Part shown: piece by piece, positions 1 through 9,600 of the stretch
Numbering within the stretch: the first letter of the stretch is position 1
Layout: every line of letters starts with the position of its first letter
Assembly (NCBI RefSeq): GCF_017876815.1
Contig: NZ_JAGIOS010000001.1
Span: 480,001 to 512,000 of the forward strand
Origin: Sinorhizobium meliloti
GTDB lineage: Bacteria > Pseudomonadota > Alphaproteobacteria > Rhizobiales > Rhizobiaceae
DNA: 32,000 bases
Direction of reading: 5' to 3'
Made by a program: the position numbers and the translations under genes
The notes under the pieces: model-generated
Seen by the model: the letters and a program-made list of their open reading frames with translations, nothing else
Databases searched by the model: none
What the model was told of the DNA's origin: nothing

Positions 1-726
1 GAGTTCGGCACCCTCTGCCACGGCGTTGACCAACGCCACGCCGAGGAAAACAAAGAAGCCGCCGATCAGCATGCCCAGCACCAGGACCGCGGCCGGGGCC
101 ACCCAGGTTCTGTAGAGCCGACCAAGAGGGGGATCGGTCGAAAACGGCTTCTGACCATAGCGCAGATTGTTGCCGACATAGCGGTAGGACCAGCGGCTGG
201 CGAGCGGCGCCAAAATGCCGAGGGTCAAGGCCGCCAGGACCGGACCGATGATAAAAGCAAGGAACGCCCCGCCGGCGCCGCCGACGAAGTCGAAGCGCAC
301 GTTGCGGTAGCTCGTCACCCTTGCGCTGAAGCGCAGCCCCCGCGCGACGAGCCAGGGTACGAAGAAAAGCATCAGGACGCCGAGACCGATGCCGACGAGC
401 GGCACGAATGTGAGCATGATGTTGTAGAGGACCAGATAGGCGAACACGATCAGGCGGCCGATGAGGATCTGCCCGCCACTCGCGTGATACTCGAACCCGC
501 GCCCGAGCAGGATGGTGTTGCCGTAGAAATAACGATTGCGGCGGACCTTCGCCCAGGCCGAATAGATGCCGAGCGTTATGATCGTCAAAAGGATATTGAC
601 GATCCATATCCCGAAATATTCCCTGCCGCTTCCCGTGAAGGATAGGCGCTGGATATCCCCTTCAGCCGCGCGTCCGAAGCTGCGCTCGCCGGCATTTTGT
701 GCCGGCAACGACTCTGCCATTGTCAT
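1..726 (-). CDS. DUF898 (YjgN-like) inner-membrane protein; C-terminus runs off the left edge
   Basis: Own translation of the minus strand from the ATG at 724-726: MTMAESLPAQNAGERSFGRAAEGDIQRLSFTGSGREYFGIWIVNILLTIITLGIYSAWAKVRRNRYFYGNTILLGRGFEYHASGGQ... It stays open to position 1, with several hydrophobic segments. The FTGSG-EYF-IW..N.LLTI.TLGIYS.WAKVR motif is the DUF898 signature as I recall it. It is absent from the ORF track because it is edge-truncated. Confidence 0.75.
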   Translation of the reverse strand, partial: MTMAESLPAQNAGERSFGRAAEGDIQRLSFTGSGREYFGIWIVNILLTIITLGIYSAWAKVRRNRYFYGNTILLGRGFEYHASGGQILIGRLIVFAYLVLYNIMLTFVPLVGIGLGVLMLFFVPWLVARGLRFSARVTSYRNVRFDFVGGAGGAFLAFIIGPVLAALTLGILAPLASRWSYRYVGNNLRYGQKPFSTDPPLGRLYRTWVAPAAVLVLGMLIGGFFVFLGVALVNAVAEGAEL

Positions 727-924
727 GGTGCCCCCTACAAACCGATGCCTGCCGCCTCAGCGGCAGGTGCCGCTTGAATATTCGACGGCCATCCCCCAAC
801 GACCATCTGCTAGAGCACTTAGGTAACGGTTTTCCGTCCCGAAGTGCGTATCTGACGAAGGATGCGAATCTGCGATTCACATCGAGCACAACTGACGATA
901 GTTTCCCTGCCGGATCTCGCGCAA

Positions 925-952
925 CAAAAAAGAGCCTCCCGAAGGAGGCTCC
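925..952 (-). terminator. Rho-independent terminator downstream of mmsA
   Basis: The minus strand reads GGAGCCTCC-TTCG-GGAGGCTC followed by TTTTTTG (stem arms 932-939 / 944-951, A-run 925-931 on the plus strand). It lies 28 nt after the mmsA stop. Confidence 0.8.
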
Positions 953-979
953 GATTGGAGGAGGAGAGCTTTGTTCGCG

Positions 980-2476
980 TTACCGCATCGTCGGTATCGA
1001 GAACTCGGCGCCGTCCTTGATGCCTGACGGCCAGCGCGAGGTGATGGTCTTGGTCCGGGTCCAGAACTTGATCGAATCCGTGCCATGCTGATTGAGGTCG
1101 CCGAAGGACGAGGATTTCCAGCCGCCGAAAGAATGATAGGCGAGCGGAACCGGGATCGGAACATTGACGCCGACCATGCCGATATTGATGCGGGAGGCGA
1201 AGTCGCGCGCCGCATCGCCGTCGCGGGTATAGATGGCGACACCATTGCCGTATTCATGCTTCATCGGCAGCGACAGGGCCTCTTCGTAGTTCCTGGCGCG
1301 GACGACCGACAGGACGGGTCCGAAGATTTCGGTCTTGTAGATGTCCATGTCGGGCGTGACGTCGTCGAAGAGGCAGCCGCCGATGAAGTGGCCGTTCTCA
1401 TAGCCCTGCAGCTTGAAGTCGCGGCCGTCGACCACGAGCTTCGCACCCTGCTCGATACCGCTGTCGATCAGGCTGCGGATGCGCTGCTCCGCCTCCTTGG
1501 TGACGACGGGGCCCATATCGGCCTTTTCGTCGGTATAGGGACCGATGCGCAGGCTTTCGACCATCGGCACGAGCTTGTCGATCAGCCGGTTTGCGGTTTC
1601 CTCGCCGACCGGAACAGCGACCGAGATCGCCATGCAGCGCTCGCCCGCGGAACCGTAGCCGGCGCCAATGAGGGCGTTGGCCGCCTGGTCGAGGTCGGCG
1701 TCCGGCATGATGATCATGTGGTTCTTTGCGCCGCCGAAGCATTGCGCACGCTTGCCGTTCATCGCAGCCGTGCCGTAGACGTAGCGGGCGATCGGGGTCG
1801 AGCCGACGAAGGAGACGGCGGCGATATCGGGATGCGTCAGAATCGCATCGACCGCGCCCTTGTCACCGTTGACGACGTTGAGGATGCCCGCCGGCAGACC
1901 GGCTTCGATCATCAGTTCGGCAAGGCGGATCGGCACGGAGGGATCGCGTTCGGAAGGCTTGAGGATGAACGCATTGCCGCAGGCGATCGCCGGGGCGAAC
2001 ATCCACATAGGGATCATGCCAGGGAAGTTGAACGGGGTGATGCCGGCGCCGATGCCGACCGGCTGGCGGATCGAGTACATGTCGATGCCGGGACCGGCGC
2101 CTTCGGTGAATTCGCTCTTCTGCAGGTGCGGAATGCCGATGACGAATTCGCAGACCTCGAGGCCGCGCACGATGTCGCCCTTGGCGTCGTCGATGGTCTT
2201 GCCGTGCTCGCGGGAGAGCATCTCGGCCAGCTCGTTCATGTTGTCGTTCAGGAGCTGGACGAACTTCATGAAGACGCGGGCGCGGCGCTGCGGATTGGTT
2301 GCGGCCCACTTGGGCTGGGCAGCCTTGGCGCTCTCGACGGCGGCGGCCAGGTCCGCGTCGCTCGCCAGCGCCACGGTGCCTTGAACTTCGCCCGTTGCCG
2401 GGTTGAAGATGTTGCTGACGCGACCGCTCGTGCCGGCAACGCGCTTGCCGTCGATGAAATGACCGAGTTCATACAT
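980..2476 (-). CDS. mmsA: Methylmalonate-semialdehyde dehydrogenase (CoA-acylating), aldehyde dehydrogenase family
   Basis: 498-aa ORF: MYELGHFIDGKRVAGTSGRVSNIFNPATGEV...FPGMIPMWMFAPAIACGNAFILKPSERDP...GAKNHMIIMPDADLD...GERCMA. This is a typical MmsA/IolA sequence with the catalytic Cys in GERCMA. A terminator follows the gene. Confidence 0.95.
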   Translation of the reverse strand: MYELGHFIDGKRVAGTSGRVSNIFNPATGEVQGTVALASDADLAAAVESAKAAQPKWAATNPQRRARVFMKFVQLLNDNMNELAEMLSREHGKTIDDAKGDIVRGLEVCEFVIGIPHLQKSEFTEGAGPGIDMYSIRQPVGIGAGITPFNFPGMIPMWMFAPAIACGNAFILKPSERDPSVPIRLAELMIEAGLPAGILNVVNGDKGAVDAILTHPDIAAVSFVGSTPIARYVYGTAAMNGKRAQCFGGAKNHMIIMPDADLDQAANALIGAGYGSAGERCMAISVAVPVGEETANRLIDKLVPMVESLRIGPYTDEKADMGPVVTKEAEQRIRSLIDSGIEQGAKLVVDGRDFKLQGYENGHFIGGCLFDDVTPDMDIYKTEIFGPVLSVVRARNYEEALSLPMKHEYGNGVAIYTRDGDAARDFASRINIGMVGVNVPIPVPLAYHSFGGWKSSSFGDLNQHGTDSIKFWTRTKTITSRWPSGIKDGAEFSIPTMR

Positions 2477-2531
2477 GAGTGTTCCTCCTGACCCTTGATT
2501 GTGCCCTCATGATCGCACTACGATTTCAACA

Positions 2532-2546
2532 ATTCAATTTCCGAAT
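2532..2546. promoter_or_regulatory. Candidate LysR-type T-N11-A box in the mmsA/LysR divergent intergenic region
   Basis: ATTCAATTTCCGAAT is an ATTC-N7-GAAT dyad (T2533-N11-A2545). It lies between mmsA (start 2476) and the LysR gene (start 2592). Confidence 0.4.
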
Positions 2547-2591
2547 TTCAGGAACCGTTGTGCGCAAATTAAAGTCCATGAAAGCGTTCGC

Positions 2592-3473
2592 ATGAACTGG
2601 GACGACGTCCGGGTATTTCTGGCTGTCGCGCGGACGGGCCAGATTCTCGCCGCCTCGAAAAGGCTCGGCATCAATCACGCGACGCTCAGCCGGCGGGTTA
2701 CCGCGCTCGAGGAAGAGCTGAAAGCGAAGCTCCTCATCCGGCGTCCCAACGGCTGCGAACTGACGGCCGAAGGCGAGGTCTTCTTTGCCGCGGCCGAGCG
2801 CATGGAAACCGAGATGCTCGCCGCCCAATCGCAGGTCGGGCGGATCGACACGGCGATCGCCGGCACCGTGCGCATCGGCGCGCCTGATGGTTTCGGCGTC
2901 TCCTTCCTGGCGCCGCGTCTCGGGCGGCTCACGGCACGCTACCCGGAACTGAAGCTCCAGCTCGTTCCTGTTCCGCGCTCCTTCTCGCTGTCGCAGCGCG
3001 AGGCCGACATCGCGATCACCATCGAGCGGCCGGAACAGGGGCGGCTCGTCTCGTCCAAGCTCACCGACTATACACTGGGTCTCTACGCATCGGCAGAATA
3101 TCTTGGCCGCTACGGCACACCCGGGACTGTCGACGACCTCAAGAACCATCGCCGGATCGGCTATGTGGAAGACCTCATCTTCACGCCGTCACTCAATTTC
3201 TCCACCGAGGTCATGCGCAGCTGGGGCGCCTCCTTCGAGATCTCCAGCGCCATGGGCCAGACCGAGGCGGTCCGCTCCAGCGCCGGGATCGGCATCCTGC
3301 ACAATTATATCGCCCGGCAATATCCGGAGCTTGTACGCCTGCTCCCCGATAGGACGATCCGCCGCGCCTATTGGACGACCTATCACGAGAGCGCCCGCGA
3401 CCTGGTGCGCGTGCGCACGGTCGCAGCGTTCCTGCAGGAAATGGTGACGGCGGAGCATCAGATATTCGTTTAG
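2592..3473 (+). CDS. LysR-family transcriptional regulator, divergent from mmsA
   Basis: The track ORF is 2499..3473. I place the start at the ATG at 2592 (MNWDDVRVFLAVARTGQILAASKRLGINHATLSRRVTALEEEL), the canonical LysR N-terminal HTH. The upstream 31 codons lie in the promoter region. Confidence 0.9.
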   Translation: MNWDDVRVFLAVARTGQILAASKRLGINHATLSRRVTALEEELKAKLLIRRPNGCELTAEGEVFFAAAERMETEMLAAQSQVGRIDTAIAGTVRIGAPDGFGVSFLAPRLGRLTARYPELKLQLVPVPRSFSLSQREADIAITIERPEQGRLVSSKLTDYTLGLYASAEYLGRYGTPGTVDDLKNHRRIGYVEDLIFTPSLNFSTEVMRSWGASFEISSAMGQTEAVRSSAGIGILHNYIARQYPELVRLLPDRTIRRAYWTTYHESARDLVRVRTVAAFLQEMVTAEHQIFV

Positions 3474-3544
3474 CGCGGGATGAGGAAAAATGTGCGGTTT
3501 TCCGCCTGCATCGCGCGTCTCAACTCGACCTGAAATCATCGCTG

Positions 3545-4783
3545 TCAGCCGAGCAGCATCTTCAGATGGTCGTTGAGGAAACGACCCTTCGGGTCCAATT
3601 CCCTTCGCAGCGCACGGAAGTCTCCGGCGCGCGGATAGAGATGCGTCACGTCGTCGGTGTCGAGGAAATGCATCTTCCCCCAATGCGGCCGCGAGTCGTA
3701 TCCGCGCAGGATCTGGTCGACGTCCTTCAAAAACGCCCAGTAATCGATCCCCGGGCCACCCGAGACGGAGAGCGTGATGCTGTCCTGGTGATGGAACGGG
3801 CTCATCCACGCCGGATCGCCGGCGGTGAAGCGATACTCGATCGGATAGATGCAGTTCGTATGCTTGTTGAGCATGAGGTCGCGCACGGCTCTGACTGCTG
3901 CCTTGCCATGTTCCACGGGCACCGCATATTCGAGTTCGACGAAGTTCGGGACGTATTCGATGGGATAGACTTCCGAACTGTAGGCGATCTTTTCGAACTC
4001 GCTCTCCATCGGCGCCGCGTCGGTGATGTCCATCACCTTCATTTCGCAGACGTCGGCCGATTTGTTCGTGGAGGAGACGGCCGAGGTATCCGGCAGGCAG
4101 TAGAGATGGCGGCTTTCCGGCGTCGGGCACCAGAAGAATCCGAAATGCCGGTGGTTTGCCGCCAGTTCGTCATGGCGCTCCATGCAGGTCTCGAAGTCGT
4201 CACGCCACAGCCGCTCGTGCAGGTTATAGGCATCCATGACGTTGAGGGTCATGGATGAGATGATACCGAGCGTGCCGACCGAGACCTGCGCCGCGTGGAG
4301 GAGTTCTTCGTCACTCCCATCGATGTCGAGTATCTCGCCGTTCGCCTTTACGATTCGCATTCCGGCGATCGAAGAGGCCATGTTTCCGAGCTTGATCCCG
4401 GTCCCGTGCGTTCCGGTGGTAAAGGCGCCGGCGACCGCCTGGCTGTCGATATCGCCCTGATTGATCAGCGAGAGTCCGTGCTGCTTCAGCGTCTTGCCCA
4501 CCTCGTTGATGCGCGTTCCGCCTGCTACGGTAATTTGCTTGCGTGCCTTGTCGACCTTCTGGACGCCCCTGAGATCTGCGAGCGACAAAAGGAGACCACT
4601 GGTTCCGACGACCGGCGTGAAGGAGTGGCCCGAACCCGAGACGCGAACTCCGAGATCCCGCTTGTCCGCTTCTGCGACCAGCTCCGCCAGTTCGGCCTCG
4701 GTGCCGGGCGAGGCCTTGTACTGCGATACGCAGTACTGATTGCCGACCCAGTTCCGCCAGACTCCACCTTTCTCGAAAGCCAT
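3545..4783 (-). CDS. FAD-linked oxidoreductase, D-arabinono-1,4-lactone / gulonolactone oxidase-like (FAD_binding_4 + ALO-type C-terminus)
   Basis: This is the C-terminal 412 aa of track ORF 3545..5755: MAFEKGGVWRNWVGNQ...VSGSGHSFTPVV...HWGKMHF...LDPKGRFLNDHL. The ATG at 4781-4783 is preceded by TGAGGGGAAGAAAC. The upstream part of the 736-aa ORF is an out-of-frame overlap of the SDR gene. Confidence 0.9.
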   Translation of the reverse strand: MAFEKGGVWRNWVGNQYCVSQYKASPGTEAELAELVAEADKRDLGVRVSGSGHSFTPVVGTSGLLLSLADLRGVQKVDKARKQITVAGGTRINEVGKTLKQHGLSLINQGDIDSQAVAGAFTTGTHGTGIKLGNMASSIAGMRIVKANGEILDIDGSDEELLHAAQVSVGTLGIISSMTLNVMDAYNLHERLWRDDFETCMERHDELAANHRHFGFFWCPTPESRHLYCLPDTSAVSSTNKSADVCEMKVMDITDAAPMESEFEKIAYSSEVYPIEYVPNFVELEYAVPVEHGKAAVRAVRDLMLNKHTNCIYPIEYRFTAGDPAWMSPFHHQDSITLSVSGGPGIDYWAFLKDVDQILRGYDSRPHWGKMHFLDTDDVTHLYPRAGDFRALRRELDPKGRFLNDHLKMLLG

Positions 4784-4794
4784 GTTTCTTCCCC

Positions 4795-5562
4795 TCACAT
4801 CGCTGTAAAACAATTGTCGACGAACAGATGGGCGCCGCTGACAAAACTCGCGTCTTCGCTCGCAAGATAAAGGGCTGCCTTGGCGACCTCGTCCGGCCGG
4901 CACATCCGCCCCTGTTGGGCGGCGATCGCTGCGTCGGAAACATCGACCCCGTACCGGGTCAGCTCCTCGACCTCCCTCTGGCCGTGAGCCGTCTGGATGA
5001 AGCCGGGGCAAACCGCATTGCACCGGATATTCCGGTCCCTGAACTCCACGGCGACGGACCGGGCGAACATATGGCACGCCCCCTTGGTCGTATTGTAAAG
5101 GACCTCCATGGGGGTTGCCGCAACCGCCGATATGGAAGAGGTGCAGACGATCGATCCGCCGCCGGCGTCGATCATCTGGGGAAGGACGGCGCGGGTCATG
5201 AGGAACATGCTGCGCACGTTGACCGCCATCAGCCGGTCCCACTCCTCGGCCGTCGTCTCCAGGAACGGCCGAATGACGATGGTGCCGGCATGGTTGAACA
5301 GGACCGTGATCGGTCCGAGTTCTCCCGAAACCCTCTCCACCGCCTGCGTTACCTGACGTTCGTCCGACGCATCTGCCGAGGCGAAAGCCGCCCTGAAGCC
5401 CTCGCTGCGGAGGCGGGCGGCGACGGCTTCGCCCTGGCTCTGCGGGAGATCGACAATCCCGACCGCTGCGCCCTCCCGAGCGAAAAGCTCGGAGGCTGCG
5501 AGACCACATCCCCCTGCCCCGCCGCTGATAAGCGCAATTTTTCCATGCAATCGACCGGCCAC
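4795..5562 (-). CDS. Short-chain dehydrogenase/reductase (SDR), first gene of a two-gene operon with the FAD oxidase
   Basis: 255 aa with the GKIALISGGAGGCG Rossmann motif, NHAG, and an SSISAV...Y..TK catalytic-like spacing. GTG start at 5562 preceded by GGAGGAGCAG. The stop lies 11 nt before the next ATG. Confidence 0.9.
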   Translation of the reverse strand: MAGRLHGKIALISGGAGGCGLAASELFAREGAAVGIVDLPQSQGEAVAARLRSEGFRAAFASADASDERQVTQAVERVSGELGPITVLFNHAGTIVIRPFLETTAEEWDRLMAVNVRSMFLMTRAVLPQMIDAGGGSIVCTSSISAVAATPMEVLYNTTKGACHMFARSVAVEFRDRNIRCNAVCPGFIQTAHGQREVEELTRYGVDVSDAAIAAQQGRMCRPDEVAKAALYLASEDASFVSGAHLFVDNCFTAM

Positions 5563-5777
5563 CTGCTCCTCCAGCTGTCGTAGTGCTGCCTTTGGGCGCG
5601 GCTTGGAGGACTGCTCTTGGCGTTTTGGTGTCTGGTGTCCGGCCGGCTTGCGGGCAGCTATGATGCTTGTTCCACGCGGTCACATTGCCGGAGGATGACG
5701 AGCAGGTCCATATTCCGGCGACGGAACGTGCGCGTATTCTCAGGAGAAACAGCAATCACAGACGATTTTGAAGAAAA

Positions 5778-5854
5778 TGGTACGGTTGGGGGGGATCGAA
5801 CCTCCGACCTCAGGTGCCACAAACCTGCGCTCTAACCAACTGAGCTACAACCGC
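5778..5854 (-). tRNA. tRNA-His (anticodon GTG), CCA encoded
   Basis: Hand-folded 77-nt cloverleaf on the minus strand: GCGGTTG TA GCTC AGTTGGTTA GAGC G CAGGT TTGTGGC ACCTG AGGTC GGAGG TTCGATC CCCCC CAACCGT A CCA. Anticodon loop is TT-GTG-GC. There is a G1-U72 wobble and discriminator A73. The genomic -1 nucleotide is T. Confidence 0.9.
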
Positions 5855-5950
5855 ACTCGGCAAGCGACTCCAACTTCGTTTGGGGTCGTCGCTTGGCGGC
5901 TCACATACGGTCACTCACACCGATTTGCAAGCCTTAAGTTCAGATTATCC

Positions 5951-5985
5951 AGCAAAAAGACCGGATGGCAAGTCACCCGGTCTTT
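5951..5985 (-). terminator. Rho-independent terminator downstream of the phasin gene
   Basis: The minus strand reads AAAGACCGG-GTGACTTGCCAT-CCGGTCTTT followed by TTGCT (stem arms 5977-5985 and 5956-5964), about 30 nt after the phasin stop. Confidence 0.6.
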
Positions 5986-6016
5986 GCTTTGAATCCGATC
6001 GATACGGCGCGGCCGA

Positions 6017-6463
6017 TCAGCCCTTCTTGAGGCTGGACATCGCCTTTTCCGCGGCATCCTTGCCGGGCTTGGCAACGTTCTCGGCGACCTTGCGCGTCGC
6101 TTCCTGCATCGTCTTCGCCTGCTCGACGGCAAGTTCGGCCTGCTTGCGGATGAAGGCGGTCTGCAGCTCGACGAGTTCGGAGAGCGACCTCACGCCGAGC
6201 AGAGCTTCCATGTGCGAGAGCGAGCTTTCGGCATTGGTGCGCAACGCGTCGATGGCCTTGAGGCCGAGTTCGACGGTTCCCGACTGAGCGCTCTCGACCG
6301 TCGCTTCGACGGTCTTCGCTGCTTCTTCGGTCGCGGTCTTCATCTTGGCGTAGGCTTCCTTCGACTGCGCGGCGCCCTTTTCGGCGAACTCGCGGAAGCT
6401 GTCGGCAAACTTGGTCGGGTCGAAAGAGAGGGAAAATGCGTCTTCGGTCTTCCTGGTAGCCAT
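6017..6463 (-). CDS. phaP: Phasin (PHB granule-associated protein, PhaP family)
   Basis: 148 aa, all-helical, Ala/Glu/Lys-rich: MATRKTEDAFSLSFDPTKFADSFREFAEKGAAQSKEAYAKMKTATEEAAKTVE...LVELQTAFIRKQAELAVEQAK. This is the typical alphaproteobacterial phasin pattern. Confidence 0.85.
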   Translation of the reverse strand: MATRKTEDAFSLSFDPTKFADSFREFAEKGAAQSKEAYAKMKTATEEAAKTVEATVESAQSGTVELGLKAIDALRTNAESSLSHMEALLGVRSLSELVELQTAFIRKQAELAVEQAKTMQEATRKVAENVAKPGKDAAEKAMSSLKKG

Positions 6464-6695
6464 TTCATGCGCTCCTTGGTGTGGCCCTCTTCAGAGGCGC
6501 CGTTTTGATTGATGGCCGTTCTATAGCCGATTTGGTTGTGCGTTGCAATAAATTTGTGCAGTGCACAATAAGCCATGCCCATTAACCTTCCGCGCCGAAA
6601 GACGTGGCCGAGGCCGTCCCGTTGCTGGACCCTCGCCGATGGGCTGGGTATTAATAGAGCGTTAACGCGCAAACGATCCGTCAGTAGGTCTGCCT

Positions 6696-9600
6696 ATGCC
6701 CGAAAGACAGTACCCCTTCATCGACATTGCCGTGCATGCACGGGTGCGGGAGCATTTTGCCCGGGGGGATGCGTCCGTCCTTTTTTCGAAGAATGTCGCG
6801 CGGGTGCTATGGGCCAACGACCAGGGCGCAAAGCTGTTCGGGACGACCTCGGTCTACGATTTCATCGATACCGACCTCGACCCGAGCGATCTTTCGCTTC
6901 GCCAGCTGCGCGCCGCCGCGGCGCAGCTCGCGGCCGTCGGGGACCGCCGGCAGCTTCTGATCCGTATGGCGTCGGGCTTTCGCCGGCTTCCGCTCAATGC
7001 CGCCGTGGAGTTGATCCGCATCGGGCCCGGCGAAGAGGCAATTCTGTTCACCGTGCCCAACAACGGCAAGGCGCTTTCGACCGAAGCGCGCGCAGAGGCG
7101 ATGATTGCCGGCCTCGACGGGCCGGACACGCATATGGCCGTGCTCGATGCCGATGGGACCGTCATTGCCGGCTCGCCCGGCTTCGAGAGTCTTGGCCTTT
7201 CGGCGGATATTCGCCGGACGCTCGTTGCAGCCGCTGCGAGCGACAAGGATCGGCTGATCAAGCGTCCGGTCGCGACGGAAAAAGGGCGCCTGCCGGCGGC
7301 AGTCGGCAAGATTTCGGACCATCCGGCGCTCCACCTGCTCTTCGCGGTCGAGGCAATTCTCGAGAAATCCGAGACCGGAGAGGCGGTCGGCGCGGCGGCG
7401 GCGGAGCAGGCTATCCCCGCCGCACCTGCGGCGCCCGCTGAAACACGAGAGGCGGTCCCCTCCTCCGCGGCACCGGCGGAGACGGAACAGCCGGCGGGCC
7501 GCCTCGAGGAAGCCGAGCCCGCTCCCTCGCCGGAGGCGGCAGCACCGGCAGAACACGAAGCGTCCGTCGGGGACGGCACCGACGACGAAGCGCAAGGGGA
7601 GCTCGCTCCGCAGGACGAGGCCGAGGCCGCCGATCTCGCCGAGCCTGAAACGCCGCTTGAAGCAGAACCGGCTTCCGGTGAACCGGCTGCCGATGCGGAC
7701 CGTGGCGGAGAAACCGCCGACTTCGCTTTCGCAGCCGGCGGACGGGCGGTACGGTTCGTCTGGAAGATCGACGCGGAGGGACGTTTCAGCGAAATTTCCG
7801 AAGAGTTCGCGTCAGCCGTCGGCCCGAAGGCCGCCGACGTGATCGGCGTTAGCTTCACCGATCTCGCCGATCGCTACGATCTCGACCCCGACGACAAGAT
7901 CAACGAGCTCCTGCATCGCCGCGATACCTGGTCCGGCAAGACGATCTTCTGGCCGGTCCAGGGAACCAATCTCAAGGTGCCGGTCGATCTCGCCGCTCTT
8001 CCCACCTATTCCCGTTCGCGCGAGTTCGACGGCTTCCGCGGCTTCGGCATCGTCAGGATCGCCGACGCTGTGCCGGACGCCAAGGCGGCCGGGCTTGCGC
8101 TCGACCGGCCGGCGCCGGCGCAGATCGCGCAGGCTTCAAGCGACATGTCGGCTGAGGGCGCCGGTGCGCCGCAGGCTGAGGCTGGCTCCAAGACCGGCCC
8201 TGACGCCGGCAGTGGGAAAGATGCGGCCGAGGCTGCACCGGACGTATCGGAAGACCCGTTCCGTGGCGAACAGCCCGCGTTGCGGGTCGTCGAAACGCCC
8301 GGCCGGCAGGCCTCCGACAAGGTCATCGATCTCGACGAGCGCCGACCGGCGGGAGCCGGCGCGCTGACCCGCGGTGAGCAGGCGGCCTTCCGCGAGATTG
8401 CAAGGCAGCTCGGCGAGCATTTCGCCCCTGACCAGCTGCCGCAGGAAGGCAATACCGAAGGCCGGCACGAAGCTGACACCTCCCCCAGCACGCCGGCTGA
8501 CACGGAAGAAAGCCGACAGACGGAGGAAGCGGAGGCGCCAGGCGGATGGCACGATCCGACGCCGGCGGGCGAGACCCCTGCTGCGGCAATGGAGCCCGGC
8601 CTCACCGCACGCAATGGTGCAGCCATGAGCAGCGAGATCCTCGACAGGCTGCCGGTCGCATTGCTGGTTCACCACGGCGACGCTTTGCTGCATGCCAATG
8701 CGGAATTCCTGCGGCTGACCGGATATGAGAATCTCGAAGCCTTCGAACAGGAGGGTGGCCTGGAGGCCCTGTTCGCTCTCGGAAACGAGGCCGGCGCGGC
8801 AAAGCCGAACGGAACCATGACGCTGGTCCGCAAGGATGGCAGGCTCATTCCCGTCGGCGCCCACCTGCATTCGATCCGATGGGAAGGAAAGAGCGCGCTG
8901 ATGCTTGCGCTGACCCCGGCCGGCGCAAGCGAAGCGGAGAAGCAGGCGCGCGAAGACGAAGGAGCGGCAGAGGCAAGCCGGCTTCGGATGGAGATCGACG
9001 AGCTCCGATCGATTCTGGAAACCGCGACCGATGGGGTCGTGGTCCTCGGACGGGACGGCGACATCCGGACGATGAACCGTTCCGCAAGCGCGCTCTTCGA
9101 CTATGACGAGTCCGATATGCGCGGAAAGCCGTTCGCCGCGCTCTTCGCCCATGAGAGCCAGAAGGCGGTGATCGACTATCTCCAGGGCCTTTCCGGCCAC
9201 GGCGTCGCAAGCGTGCTCAACGACGGCCGGGAAGTGATCGGCCGCGAAGCCGCCGGCGGCTTCATTCCGTTGTTCATGACCATCGGCCGGCTCTCCTCCT
9301 CCAACGGTTACTGCGCGGTCATCCGCGACATCACCCAGTGGAAGCGGACCGAAGAGGAGCTTCGCAACGCCAAGCGCGCCGCAGAGACGGCAAACGCCCA
9401 CAAGACGGAATTCCTGGCCCGGGTCAGCCACGAGATCCGCACGCCGCTCAACGCCATCATCGGGTTTTCCGACATGATGGCGAGCGAGCATTTCGGCCCC
9501 ATCGGCCATCCGCGCTATATCGAATATGCCGGCGACATCGGCCGGTCGGGGCGTCACGTCCTCGACATCGTCAACGATCTGCTCGATATCTCGAAGATCG

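Noticed and set aside
566-1257. Cluster of short ORFs (86-130 aa) around the mmsA terminator and the DUF898 start
   Set aside because: They overlap the DUF898 coding frame, the terminator hairpin or the mmsA 3' end, and have low-complexity Arg/Ser/Pro-rich translations.
1085-2491. 468-aa plus-strand ORF antisense to mmsA. The same applies to 8136..9695(-), 10514..11605(-), 12085..13137(+), 13252..14685(+), 14242..15564(-), 14279..15496(-), 16763..18073(+), 18228..19010(+), 19590..20486(+), 21013..21663(+), 22293..23696(-) and 28419..30917(+).
   Set aside because: All lie antisense to, or out of frame with, genes that have strong family signatures. They have the Arg/Ala/Gly/Asp-rich composition typical of shadow ORFs in >60% GC DNA. 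None has a convincing RBS or a recognisable motif.
3545-5755. 736-aa ORF spanning both the FAD oxidase and the SDR gene region
   Set aside because: Only the C-terminal 412 aa (from the ATG at 4783, with a good SD) look like a real protein. The N-terminal ~320 aa are Arg/Gly/Pro-rich nonsense read out of frame across the well-supported SDR gene 4795..5562.
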